Origin: Naegleria gruberi
Taxonomy: Eukaryota
Length of the DNA stretch: 64,000 bases
Reading direction: 5' to 3' (one strand)
Assembly (NCBI GenBank): GCA_000004985.1
Contig: GG738868.1
How positions within the stretch are numbered: the first letter of the stretch is position 1; each line of letters begins with the position of its first letter. The notes under the pieces were generated by a model, which saw only the letters and a list, made by a program, of their open reading frames with translations, had not been told where the DNA came from and made no database searches. A program made the position numbers and the translations under genes. Positions 11,769-22,337 of the stretch are shown piece by piece.

Positions 11769-13778
11769 CTAGTTAATAGTTACATTGTTTGAGGATAATT
11801 CACTCACAAAGGATGTTGGGGTTGGTGGTACATAGTAAGAACTGTCTTTTCTATAGGTTTGATCTGAGTTGGTTGTTGAGTTGGTTGGTGGATAGGAAAC
11901 TGGAATTGAATTATTGTAATTTGTTTCTTCATTCGTTTCTTCGCTGGACAACAGAGAATCTTTGAGTTGATTATTATTCCTTCTACTATCGAATAATTTG
12001 AATAGTTGTAATATTGGTCTGTAACAATCGGTAAATAATTGAGAATCGTAGAGAATAACCAACATGATTAGAAGGGTTGAATAATTTGCAAATAGACTCA
12101 CTTGTTCAATATAGTAACTGAATTGATAAGTAGTAGAGTCGCTTCCAAATTGTCTTGCTAAAAATGCAGATAGACATGAGAATAAGGCAATACCTGACAA
12201 GGTGTTGAGGGCACAGAATTGATAGAAATACTTGGTTTTGAAAAATGGAACATTTGTCTTATTTCTAAGGGCCTTTCTCAATCGATATGATAAAACGAAA
12301 AACAACATCAAGTTATCAATCCATGGAATGGCAAAAGCAATATAACCAATCGCAACAACAATTGTTGCAATGGTTAGTCCTATTTTGGAAAATTCTAAAA
12401 TGTAACTTGTTGTCACATAAACTGCATTGATTGTCAATAAGATAAATGCCATCAAAATCATAATCTTGAACTTTGGACAATTACGTTTCTCTCCCGTATA
12501 TAAATAATTGTAAATTCTATCAAAGGTTAACATGACTGGTAACATGGAATAATAAGTGAAAAAGACATTGAAAGAGAGTGCCATATTTGAAAGGGTAGTG
12601 TTTTCAGATTCACCCAAGTAAGCAACAGCATACATGACACTTGAAATGACAACAGAACTAGATGCTGCCAATATAGTTAAAATACTGCAAGTATTGAGAA
12701 TGCCAATTTTTCTAACTCTTGATACTTGTCTAATTTGTGGAATTACATAGGTTATCAATGCTCCTAAGGCCAAAGAAGTGGAAAATAATATTGAAACGAC
12801 AATCTTGGCAAAATCAAATGCTGTGGTGAATAAAGATGAGTCACACATTGAATTAAAAGTTGAATATGTATGACAAAAGCAAAAGAATGGATTCCTTAAC
12901 CGTATGTAAAAACTATCCAAAAAATACAAGGGAAGGCCAGTTTGAATATTTCCACAATAGAAAGCTGATGGGAAAGTGGCAAATGCAGGACATTCAACAT
13001 TTCTAGAGGTAGTTTCATTTACTACAGCATCCTCTCTGTAATAAATCTTGTACTGAAATTGCAAAAAATCCTCCCTATTGTTCTTGCAATATTTACAATA
13101 ATTGAAAATTTCATACTTGTATGGATCTACACTTCCTAGAGATGAATTAGAGTAGCAAAAATAATCCATACAGCTGACATTTGAATATTTCTGACAAATA
13201 TCAATATTAACTCTACCAGGTTTAATTGGCGAAAATATGTCACTATTTCTTTCATTCATATGTTGAGTGCCAAAAGGTATTGATGTAATACTAGGTAATT
13301 TGACAACTTTACATCCAAATCCAAAAGGAAGGTCCTTAATACGAGGTAAATTACTCTTACTTATTGGAACAGTCTCAGTAGCTCCATTCAATAAAGGCCT
13401 CTCATACGAACAATCTTCAAATAGATTGAACACTTGCGCTGAAGATGATGGTAAAGTTCGTTCTCTCCCAGTTGCTACTTTACTTTCAATATTCTCTCCT
13501 TTAATTTGGGTCAATGTTGAAATATGATGCTGCCGATCATCAAATAGTTTCGTCGTTAAAGATGAATTTGTAGTATTCATTATAAATTGCATAATAGCTA
13601 GTGTACATAAACTCGACATGATGAAAATTACTAAAATTATTAACCAGCCGATGGGCAGTCGATGATTATTATTATCATTGTCATCATTATGCACAATAAT
13701 GGCAGACTTTTGTGAGATGGGCACTTCAACACTATTCACAACGATCCCCACACAATTATTGTTGTTATTATTATTCAT
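11769..13778 (-). CDS. Cys-rich ectodomain plus 7TM receptor-like protein, paralog 2. Single 669-codon exon with an N-terminal poly-Asn tract.
   Basis: ATG at 13778. Motifs shared with paralog 1 include FGFGC, D.C.KYSNVSC...FC, NYC.YC, CP.F..FPS.F.C and F.C.CH; twelve Cys are conserved. Seven TM helices follow the ectodomain. Confidence 0.8.
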   Translation of the reverse strand: MNNNNNNNCVGIVVNSVEVPISQKSAIIVHNDDNDNNNHRLPIGWLIILVIFIMSSLCTLAIMQFIMNTTNSSLTTKLFDDRQHHISTLTQIKGENIESKVATGRERTLPSSSAQVFNLFEDCSYERPLLNGATETVPISKSNLPRIKDLPFGFGCKVVKLPSITSIPFGTQHMNERNSDIFSPIKPGRVNIDICQKYSNVSCMDYFCYSNSSLGSVDPYKYEIFNYCKYCKNNREDFLQFQYKIYYREDAVVNETTSRNVECPAFATFPSAFYCGNIQTGLPLYFLDSFYIRLRNPFFCFCHTYSTFNSMCDSSLFTTAFDFAKIVVSILFSTSLALGALITYVIPQIRQVSRVRKIGILNTCSILTILAASSSVVISSVMYAVAYLGESENTTLSNMALSFNVFFTYYSMLPVMLTFDRIYNYLYTGEKRNCPKFKIMILMAFILLTINAVYVTTSYILEFSKIGLTIATIVVAIGYIAFAIPWIDNLMLFFVLSYRLRKALRNKTNVPFFKTKYFYQFCALNTLSGIALFSCLSAFLARQFGSDSTTYQFSYYIEQVSLFANYSTLLIMLVILYDSQLFTDCYRPILQLFKLFDSRRNNNQLKDSLLSSEETNEETNYNNSIPVSYPPTNSTTNSDQTYRKDSSYYVPPTPTSFVSELSSNNVTIN

Positions 13779-14055
13779 TGTTGATTTTGTACTTTTCCTC
13801 TTCGAAATTCAGCGATCGAATGATGTACAGCGAGCGGGGAAAAAAGAATCTCAAGATGTTTTGATTTTTTTTTATGATTTTTTAAATTTGTGGGTTTTTA
13901 GTATTTCTCAGGAAATTCAAGCTCCGAAGTTTCATTCTCCTCTTAACAATAATTGAAATCAATAAGAAGTAAGCAGCTTATTTATCATTCTTAATTATGG
14001 CAGATCTTAGAGAGACAAAAATAGTTCATCTTTTGTCAAGTAGATCAAAAAAAAA

Positions 14056-15423
14056 ATGTTCAAAAGACCAGGAAAAAATCTGCCATTTTATTCGAGATCA
14101 GAATTGGGTTCATCGTGTGTTGTTAGAGATGATCGTCATCATCGGATGAGAAATGATCGGCATCACCATCAAATTATTTCTCTTTGTATTAGTAATTATG
14201 AAGATGAGACGAAACGAATAATTTCCAACATGAGGAATACAATTTACAAATTATTAGCCTTGGAATATCAGAATATATTATTGACTATTGATGGGATGGT
14301 ACTTGTTAAAGATAGGAATTCTGATGCAATGTTTAGAATAGTTTGTGGAAATAATGTAGAGGAGGAAGTTGTTGATTTGTTTGCTTCAGAGGTGAATGTG
14401 TATCTGCTGACCAGATCTGGAAAATGTTTCGGCGTTTCGAATTATAATAGTTGGGGTCAAACTGGAACAAACCACAGAAATTCACATGAGTTTAATGCGC
14501 CAATCATTCATGCCGAGGAAGTGTGGTGTGAAAATCCAGAAACTAGATTTATATCAGTACATTCAGGATATGGTGGGTTTCTTCTGATTTACATTGCAAT
14601 TAATAACATTTTAATGTGAATTCTCATTGTTAAATAGGTCATACATACTTTATTTCAACGAACCAGAAAATATATTTCAGTGGAAATACTCAACTCGGCC
14701 AAGCAGCAAAACAAGTGGAGGATGCCAATATTTTAATTGTTACAGAGATTAAATCCTTTTCAGAAAAGAGAGTTAAATTAATTGCTTCTGGATATGCTTT
14801 TGGATTGGCTGTTTTTGATGATAACTCATTTTATGGCTGGTAAGTTTCAAATGGCTCGATATAATATTAATATGGACATAAGGGGGTCTAATGATTGTTG
14901 CCAACTTGGTTTTAAACATACAAACAAGTCATTTGAATTTGATCCGCTACCTATTAAGCTACCAACACAAGCAGAGGTTAAAGGATTATCTGCAGGACAA
15001 AATATTAGTTTAGTACTTGTGGAGGGTTGTGAAATTTATCTTAGTGGAGCATTAGAACACCTAAAATTTGAGGAATTTACAAAACTTGAGCTCAATGAAT
15101 TCTGTAAAAATCCCTCTGAAAGTTTTCTTGATGCTTACATTATTAGAAATAAGATTTACCTACTTGGCACTGACCATTTTTCTATTTACTCTGGATCACA
15201 AATGGATAAAATTTCAGTATCCGAACTAAAACCATCAGAATTAGGACTTCCATCCCAATCACAATTAAGCTACAAAGTGGTACCTCAACAAATGGCAGGC
15301 GAGTACCTATCACTCTTCATATTCGATGTTAAAGAACCTCAGCATTTTCTATTCAAATTCAATGAGAAGAATGATTTTTGTGACGTAATAATTCAAGCAT
15401 GGAATCCTTATTATGATGTTTAG
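14056..15423 (+). CDS. RCC1-repeat (regulator of chromosome condensation-like) protein. Multi-exon, with one intron at ~14840..14882 and at least one more between ~14570 and ~14690. The N-terminus is His-rich.
   Basis: ATG at 14056. RCC1-type 'G.N..GQ.G' repeats are present, for example 'WGQTG', 'GNTQLGQAA' and 'WGSNDCCQLG'. The GT-AG intron 'gtaagtttc...cataag' joins the frames. Confidence 0.6.
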
Positions 15424-15631
15424 AATAACAGAGTCCAACTCGACCAGATTAAGACTTAGACTCTTAAGGAACTTACCGGAGGTCTAGGAGTACACAAACT
15501 CCTCCCACTTTTTCACTGGAATAAACAGCGGGAAAATTCCAATCTCCTTACTCCTCGCGCACAATTTGACAATTGAACCCTTTTTTTGCAGTAGAGATTT
15601 CCAACAGTTTGTACTAGTAACATTTAAAAAA

Positions 15632-16687
15632 ATGCAAAGAAATACTTTTGCTGTTTTATTATTGTGCTTGATTGGAGCTACCTGTTTTATTAATCATGTA
15701 GCTGCCAGTTGTCCAGCAGGTTATTATGATTCCTCTAATATTGAAAGACCTTGCTACCAATGTTCTCCGGGAACCTATTGTCCAGGTATGTATGAAGAAA
15801 AACTGTTTGTTTTTTATATAAATAATATAACATTGTTTTCACTATTCACAGGTGATGGTAAACCATATGCATGTCCATCCGGTACTGTCGCTCCACACCA
15901 AGGTGCATCATCATGCTCTTCATGCAGTACTAAACGTTCAAATTCTGATCATACCATTTGTTTACTTGCTGACACACCTGCCAATGCTCAAGAATATGTT
16001 TATGGATCCAACTTGGTGATCAACTCTAAGAATCCATATTATTACATTACTTTATATAATTCATTTGGTCAAGCACCAAGATCTGTTCAATTGACAATTG
16101 CTGGAAAGCAACCTGTTCCAGTAACCCTTCATGCATCATATACTACTGGAAAACCATCTGAAACTAATGCACAATTCTCAAATAAGGGAGTTAATGCTAC
16201 AATTTCTTTCGAACAAGATGTTTTTAGAATTTTGTACTTGTACATTGTTCCAGATAATGCTGATTACGTTATTGGTGATTTGAAATTATTTAAATATTTG
16301 GATCTGATTGAAAATTTACAACCAAATCAAGTTAATTATTACAAATTCAATGCTGAACTCTCTCAATATGATAGAAATATGTTATTATTTAGATTGGATA
16401 ATGTTCCTGCTGGTTCAAGAGTTAATTTCACTTTGAATTGTGATTTTTGGAAGAAGGATTGGAGTTTCCCATTTTCATACACTTTATACCATTCCACTTT
16501 ATCAAATATTGCTTATCCAAATGAGAATAATGCCAATATTATTGTAAAGAGTCAAACTTCAAGCCATCCAAGTACTTCAAACATTTTCTACATGCCTAAA
16601 GATAGCACTCAATTTGCCATTGCCTTCTATTATGATAATACTTATTATTATGGAGAAATGTATGCAAGTGCTAAAATTATTAATTAA
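15632..16687 (+). CDS. Secreted protein with an N-terminal TNFR/ephrin-receptor-like Cys-rich repeat. Two exons with an intron at ~15787..15851.
   Basis: ATG at 15632, followed by the signal peptide 'MQRNTFAVLLLCLIGATCFINHVAA'. The Cys-rich repeat reads 'SCPAGYY...CYQCSPGTYCPG|DGKPYACPSGT...CSSCS' and is split by the intron 'gtatgtatg...attcacag'. Confidence 0.6.
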   Translation: MQRNTFAVLLLCLIGATCFINHVAASCPAGYYDSSNIERPCYQCSPGTYCPGMYEEKLFVFYINNITLFSLFTGDGKPYACPSGTVAPHQGASSCSSCSTKRSNSDHTICLLADTPANAQEYVYGSNLVINSKNPYYYITLYNSFGQAPRSVQLTIAGKQPVPVTLHASYTTGKPSETNAQFSNKGVNATISFEQDVFRILYLYIVPDNADYVIGDLKLFKYLDLIENLQPNQVNYYKFNAELSQYDRNMLLFRLDNVPAGSRVNFTLNCDFWKKDWSFPFSYTLYHSTLSNIAYPNENNANIIVKSQTSSHPSTSNIFYMPKDSTQFAIAFYYDNTYYYGEMYASAKIIN

Positions 16688-16788
16688 ATAATTTTATTCA
16701 AATCTTGTTTGAAAATGATCATTGCTAAAATAAATTCAATGAATTTTTCCAATATCAAATTTGTTATCTTTTCCAACAATTTCTTCCA

Positions 16789-19635
16789 ATGTTTAGTTTA
16801 GTTTCGAATATTGATCAGAAAACAATGATAAACAATGAATATTGTAAAGTGTTGAGCAGATCAGCAAGCACCTTGATATTTGTCACATCCACATTACCTG
16901 TCACCATGTTACCTAATACCATTATAAAAAAAATGGGTCAGTCACAGTTATCCCGTGACTCTCAAAATAATCAATCGGATAATGACTATTACCAACCCAA
17001 TAATAATACTAACAACAACAATAACCCTGAACAACAAGATGATAATGTGAGCATTACTTCAGACAATTCACAACAACAACAACACGACGACAATATCAAA
17101 CAAATTAATAGACTATACGGATGGAGCATGATTGAATCAATGAATTCCTCTCATCACTCTCTCACACCCAGAAATAACAACAATAACACAACACGACTTC
17201 GATATTTGCAAAACAATAATCAACAGCAACAGCAGCAACAATTCCCGCCAACCACTACAACAACCACTTCTAAAAACCAGACAAGTCCAAGATTTGGCGC
17301 CAAAAAACAATCACACTCATCTGATAATTTGGAAGCAGGCAAAGAAAAAGAGAGGCGAGGAGTGGGCAGTGTCTATGATGGTATTTCTGGTGTTGAATTT
17401 GATAGTGTGGAAGAGCAGGAGAGACAACGAGAATTGGAGGAATTGTTAGCCTCATCGGCATCAACAACTTCATCAATTTTGAATGAAAATGATATAACAA
17501 TGATGAATAATAACAATAATTTGAATAATGATAATAGTAATAATAATAGAGTGAGACGTTCGATGGCAATTCATACCGGAAAACATTATTCGATTAGTTT
17601 GGGAAATGCCATTCATGAAAGATTACAAAAAGAATTGAAAAATCATGATGAAGCACAGAATAATGAAAAGGGGTTTTCAGCTCCGATTGGAAATGAAAAT
17701 TCAATAGATAATTACTATAGGGAAAGATCGGCTGAAAGAGGATCAACGAGAATGCATCACCGTCGTTCTTCATCGATAGATTCGAATATTTCCAATATGA
17801 TCAATAATGAAATGTTAAGTGTAAATAATCAGATAACAACTCTCTCACCACCAAATCAACCTTCCGAATTGATTGCAGGATCCCTCGTTCATGAAATGAC
17901 TTTTATTGAAGAGGAGTTGGATCCTGTGGAAAAGGCATCATGGAATGAAAAACATAGAGATATTGCCGAGTTGTGGAATTCAATTCCAAAATCATATCAT
18001 GCTGGTATTAATAGAGTTTACAACAAACTAAAAATTAGATTCAAGAATGATATTGATGTTTCTGATTATCAGATCAGACAAATGGCAATTGATTTGGGTT
18101 TTCCAAACTTTTTGTACGAATACATGTTCAGCAAACTCGAGAGAACAGTGTTTAGTTTACTGCACGACGAATACATTTTAAAGAAGAAAAAGAATAAGAA
18201 TAGAAGAAATCTACCAAAGAGACCTTCCTCTTCAGCAACAAAGAATGAATATATCACCACAAAAAATGTCACACCTGACATTCCAAATGTGACAGCTGTC
18301 TTACAGAGTCATGTTGTGGAATTCAAGACATTACCTTCTTCACCAGCTCTGCCAAGAACAGAATTATTGAATCGTTTATTCAATGATGAAGACGTTCATA
18401 GACAAGAGCCAAATAGACTTTTATCATCCTTTGACGAGTATATCAATATCAATCAAGACATGGTATTTGAGAAGGGTTTAAAGATTAAATTAATCATTAC
18501 TGAAGTGGGTAAGAGTCCTGGTAGAATTAGAACTGCTGCTTCTCCGATTATTAGTAGACTGAAAGTTTTTGATCAATTTGGATGGTTCCACACCAGTTTT
18601 TCAATTGGAAATCTTCGTTTTGATTGGACAAATAGTGGATACTGTGCTGTAACAACTGTCAAGTCAGCAACTTCATTGTTGGCCATAACAGTGAAGGAAA
18701 TTAGCACACTTCGTGAATTGGAGAGCATCATTAAACTACTTTCCATTGAAATTTCTCGTTGGAATAGAAACTTTTCATACACCAATTTGAAGGGAAATAT
18801 TTCCAAAGAGACAGGAAGTTGCCAAACATTCACTGTTGAAATGATGAAGATAATGGGAGTTTCGGATTTATCCTTTGCAGGAAATAATAGTATTCACAAC
18901 TTTTTACAGGACTTGCTCACAAAGGGTGATCCAATAACCAAGTTCTCCATGAATGAAGAATTTAAAAAGAAGTATACTGACTTGATTGATACCAAGATTG
19001 AGCAGTGCAAAGCTGTCACTGTAGTATCATCTCGTGAGCTGTTACTCGCCCAAAATTCTGTAGCCGAATCTTCCACAACATCAGACGAGGATGTTCTAGG
19101 TCAAGCATTCGCTCAACAACAACAAGCCCACTTTGAAATTAAGAAACAACAAAGTGCCAAAGTTAAGAGATGGGAACACTTTAAATCTCAATACTTTACA
19201 AGCAACAAGAAGCACATTATTTTTAACAGTCATAGAGAATTGGATTATTTTGTACTTTACTTGAAAGAACTCGATGAAAAGTTCAATGAAACTCAAGAAT
19301 GTGGATTATTGAATGCATTTGACAGAGGTTACTGGTTAAGATACTCGAGTGCAGTCTCTGTCATGCAAAGAATTCAACAACGTAAAAAACAACGAGAAAA
19401 TGCAAGATCAAAACTAGGTTTTTCAGATCCATTAAAACTTTCAAAAGAGGAACAAGAGGAATACATTCGAGTTAAAAGAGATTTGGAAATTTGTCAACCA
19501 CTCATAGAAGACGATCAATTCAAATGCGCATTTGGAGATCCTTCTCAGAGTCGTTCTCTTTTCATAGCAAATACCAAACGAGAAGATGTACTCACCATTC
19601 AAAAGGACTTGCAAGTGGGTTCCCTAAAGTTATAA
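16789..19635 (+). CDS. Long low-complexity (poly-Q/N) protein with a C-terminal PPPDE/DeSI-like cysteine-peptidase domain.
   Basis: ATG at 16789. (CAA/CAG)n and (AAT)n tracts encode the poly-Q/N stretches. The motif 'GWFHTSFSIGNLRFDW' resembles the PPPDE His motif, and 'YTNLKGNISKETGSCQTFTVEMM' resembles the PPPDE Cys motif. Confidence 0.55.
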   Translation: MFSLVSNIDQKTMINNEYCKVLSRSASTLIFVTSTLPVTMLPNTIIKKMGQSQLSRDSQNNQSDNDYYQPNNNTNNNNNPEQQDDNVSITSDNSQQQQHDDNIKQINRLYGWSMIESMNSSHHSLTPRNNNNNTTRLRYLQNNNQQQQQQQFPPTTTTTTSKNQTSPRFGAKKQSHSSDNLEAGKEKERRGVGSVYDGISGVEFDSVEEQERQRELEELLASSASTTSSILNENDITMMNNNNNLNNDNSNNNRVRRSMAIHTGKHYSISLGNAIHERLQKELKNHDEAQNNEKGFSAPIGNENSIDNYYRERSAERGSTRMHHRRSSSIDSNISNMINNEMLSVNNQITTLSPPNQPSELIAGSLVHEMTFIEEELDPVEKASWNEKHRDIAELWNSIPKSYHAGINRVYNKLKIRFKNDIDVSDYQIRQMAIDLGFPNFLYEYMFSKLERTVFSLLHDEYILKKKKNKNRRNLPKRPSSSATKNEYITTKNVTPDIPNVTAVLQSHVVEFKTLPSSPALPRTELLNRLFNDEDVHRQEPNRLLSSFDEYININQDMVFEKGLKIKLIITEVGKSPGRIRTAASPIISRLKVFDQFGWFHTSFSIGNLRFDWTNSGYCAVTTVKSATSLLAITVKEISTLRELESIIKLLSIEISRWNRNFSYTNLKGNISKETGSCQTFTVEMMKIMGVSDLSFAGNNSIHNFLQDLLTKGDPITKFSMNEEFKKKYTDLIDTKIEQCKAVTVVSSRELLLAQNSVAESSTTSDEDVLGQAFAQQQQAHFEIKKQQSAKVKRWEHFKSQYFTSNKKHIIFNSHRELDYFVLYLKELDEKFNETQECGLLNAFDRGYWLRYSSAVSVMQRIQQRKKQRENARSKLGFSDPLKLSKEEQEEYIRVKRDLEICQPLIEDDQFKCAFGDPSQSRSLFIANTKREDVLTIQKDLQVGSLKL

Positions 19636-19719
19636 GAGGTATTTAGATCATCATTTCAATATTTCAAATCAATTGAAGTGTTTACAATATGCGCACTTCA
19701 ATTTACAAACCAATAAAAA

Positions 19720-20091
19720 ATGGAATCATTACATCTTGCTGCCTCTCCAATCATGCAGGTGTTGTCCGCAACATCTTCATCACAACCCAATTCCGAATCA
19801 TCATCTTTATTACACACAGCAACAATTAATACAACAATCAATAAGCCAACGAATAGTAACAAGGCATCCGAAGAACTTTTCAATGAATTCAATGAAAAAT
19901 CAAGCAACAATACTCCTTCAGCAGCATCATCATTGAATGTAACCTCCACACTGTTCACTCTTCCCAATACTGATAGTTTACCTGTACCAAACCTCCTCAT
20001 CAAACCTCGAACAAAAAACAAAAAAGAAAACCATGAAGAAGAAACAATCGGATCAGATTTTCATGAATCAGTCAGTGATTTTCAATCATGA
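19720..20091 (+). CDS. Ser/Thr/Asn-rich ORF that overlaps the next ORF in another frame. It may be the 5' part of the same gene.
   Basis: Real ATG at 19720. The composition is low-complexity. Confidence 0.35.
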   Translation: MESLHLAASPIMQVLSATSSSQPNSESSSLLHTATINTTINKPTNSNKASEELFNEFNEKSSNNTPSAASSLNVTSTLFTLPNTDSLPVPNLLIKPRTKNKKENHEEETIGSDFHESVSDFQS

Positions 20092-21676
20092 AGGAAAGAA
20101 ACAGAGAAATAAGACTATTTATTCAGTGAATCATCCAAAGGTTTCGAATCAGTTACGTAATTTTCATTTTCAAGTGGGTGAGGAAGTTAAGGTCAATGTG
20201 TGTGAATGTAAATCAGAGAAAAAGACTGAACATTTCGATAGGATTATTATAGAACATTTGGGATATACGAATCAGCATAATATGGATGCATCGAAAACTA
20301 TTGCAATTGAATTTGTAAATGTGTTGGCTTTCAAGAGGAGGAAGAATGACTCGAAAATATTGTGGATTTATGAATCGGTTGTGTTGGAATTGTTGAATTC
20401 TGATTCTTCTGATAATAGTCAACACACTTCAATGAATGAATCACCTGTTTTAAAGAGAAAATTGGATAGTATGAGCGAATCAGATCAGAGTAGTACGAGT
20501 AATGGCAGTACAGTTCATAACTCAAATTTGGAAGATGAATTTGAAAAGTGCTTTTTGGTAGCCGCTAATCCATTCATTGATTCGAATTTACTTTCTAATA
20601 TTGATGAAGAACAAACAAAGAGAAGTAAGCTCGATACCAAGATTGAGAATCTCTACCTAGAAAGTATTGAACCAGAGGATGCCCCGTCGAAAAAGCCAAC
20701 ACTATTTCAATTATCATTAGATTTGAATATTGAACAACCATATCACTTGTTCAATCCAATGATGAAACATTTCTGTTTGGATTTTGTTTCATTAGCTGAG
20801 GAACAGACAACCTTTGATGCAGTCATTATTAGTGTACAACCAATTATTACAAATATGGCTTCACTGAAGGGAAAGAAATTTGAATTGATTGGAAAAACAC
20901 CAATCATATCAATGTATGATAGTGTAAATACTTTTGTAAGATTATGTGTAGATACTCAAATTTTCATTTGTCAAAATTCGAATGAGGGAAAGCTATTCTT
21001 CTACTTTTATGGAGAGGACAAGAGAATGAGAAGTGAACAAATTATTCAAAATCCAAATGTTTATTCAAAGCAATCTGATGTGGAAAATTACAACTCAAAG
21101 ACTACTAATGAAAATATGAATCAAAAGGATTCTACATATTCTGATTTGATACTCTTTGAATTTGGGAGTGAAGACAACTTTCTATTCGAACAATTCAAGA
21201 ATGTTAATTTAGAACCAAAGAAATCTAGAAACTTACTCTTTGACAGATATTTGGAACTTAAAAAAGAAATGAATGACAGTGAAGAAGCAATCAAAGCCCT
21301 GGTCCATATTCAAGATGCACTTGGCTTTACCTTGTTGATGCATTTTGCAGCACGAAATATGGTAGAAGAGGCAAGAGAGTGTATTTATTGGAAGGCAAAT
21401 ATTTCACAACAAGATTCGTTTGGTCATGATGCCTTATTCTGGAGTAATTACTTTAAGGCACATTTGGTTACAGAGCTACTCACAGAGATCATCTCTGAAA
21501 TAGACCAAACAAGAGGTGACAGATCTGATGAAATTGCATTCCAACAACAAATAAGATTTGGTTTGGTGAATGCATCTTCAAGATTGGAAAAACGTAACAT
21601 CAAAGCATTCAATGAAAATAACGGCTGTTCAACTGATTTTTCCAATGAAGAAGAAAATGCAACTATTCTCAAATAA
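20033..21676 (+). CDS. Hypothetical 547-aa protein with possible ankyrin-like repeats at the C-terminus.
   Basis: ATG at 20033. The long ORF is clean. The C-terminal stretch 'LLMHFAARNMVEEARECIYWKANISQQDSFGHDALFWSNYFKAHLVTELL' looks weakly ankyrin-like. Confidence 0.5.
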   Translation: MKKKQSDQIFMNQSVIFNHEGKKQRNKTIYSVNHPKVSNQLRNFHFQVGEEVKVNVCECKSEKKTEHFDRIIIEHLGYTNQHNMDASKTIAIEFVNVLAFKRRKNDSKILWIYESVVLELLNSDSSDNSQHTSMNESPVLKRKLDSMSESDQSSTSNGSTVHNSNLEDEFEKCFLVAANPFIDSNLLSNIDEEQTKRSKLDTKIENLYLESIEPEDAPSKKPTLFQLSLDLNIEQPYHLFNPMMKHFCLDFVSLAEEQTTFDAVIISVQPIITNMASLKGKKFELIGKTPIISMYDSVNTFVRLCVDTQIFICQNSNEGKLFFYFYGEDKRMRSEQIIQNPNVYSKQSDVENYNSKTTNENMNQKDSTYSDLILFEFGSEDNFLFEQFKNVNLEPKKSRNLLFDRYLELKKEMNDSEEAIKALVHIQDALGFTLLMHFAARNMVEEARECIYWKANISQQDSFGHDALFWSNYFKAHLVTELLTEIISEIDQTRGDRSDEIAFQQQIRFGLVNASSRLEKRNIKAFNENNGCSTDFSNEEENATILK

Positions 21677-21759
21677 AATCTTGAATATCTTGGCCACTTT
21701 TTACTTCTTAATTAAGCAATTCCAAATAACTTGGTCACCAAGTTGCTTTTGAAAGTCTG

Positions 21760-22337
21760 TTAAATCAGGAACAACATGAGATTTGTAACCTGATTTGAGT
21801 GTTCTGATACTAAGTTATAATTCTCACCTGGTAAGCCTCCAATTATGGATCCTAATAGTTTCCCTTCACTATTTAAACAAGCACCTCCACTCATTCCTGG
21901 GAATGAAGAAGCATCAACTGCTATAATTCCATCTTTGAATGCCAAGACCTTTCCGTTCTGACACCTTCTCTAAACATTCGTTTGATTGAAGGTATTTTGT
22001 TTATGGTAATATATAGTGCATCTCTTTCGTCGAAAGTTGCAAGCTCAGGATTTCTCTTCTTCACATAGTTTTCTTCCAACCACTGCTTAATCTCCATATC
22101 AGAATAATTTGCTGGGAAACCTATCAAGTAGATTTCATCACCAACTTGAGGTTCCTTTGCACAGGGGTAACAAATCTCATTTTGATCAAACTTCTCAAAA
22201 GTTACACAAAAACTAATATCAGCTTCAGTTGCAAGAAAACATTTTTCATTCAGTGGAGTTCTATCCTTTTCCCATTCAATCTCAATAGGATCCTTTTTGA
22301 AAAAACACTTCTGCCACTTTTTCTTTGGAATCCTCAT
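21760..22337 (-). CDS. Small protein with a trypsin-like (chymotrypsin-fold) serine-peptidase signature. It has at least two exons, and the 3' end is unresolved.
   Basis: ATG at 22337. The downstream ORF carries 'DASSFPGMSGGACLNSEGKLLGSIIGG', a G.SGG active-site-like motif. Confidence 0.35.

Noticed and set aside
17040-17260. (CAA)n/(AAC)n tracts as possible microsatellite or mobile-element remnants.
   Set aside because: They are in frame within a long ORF, encoding poly-Q/N. The same bias occurs in several other genes here, so they are coding low complexity.
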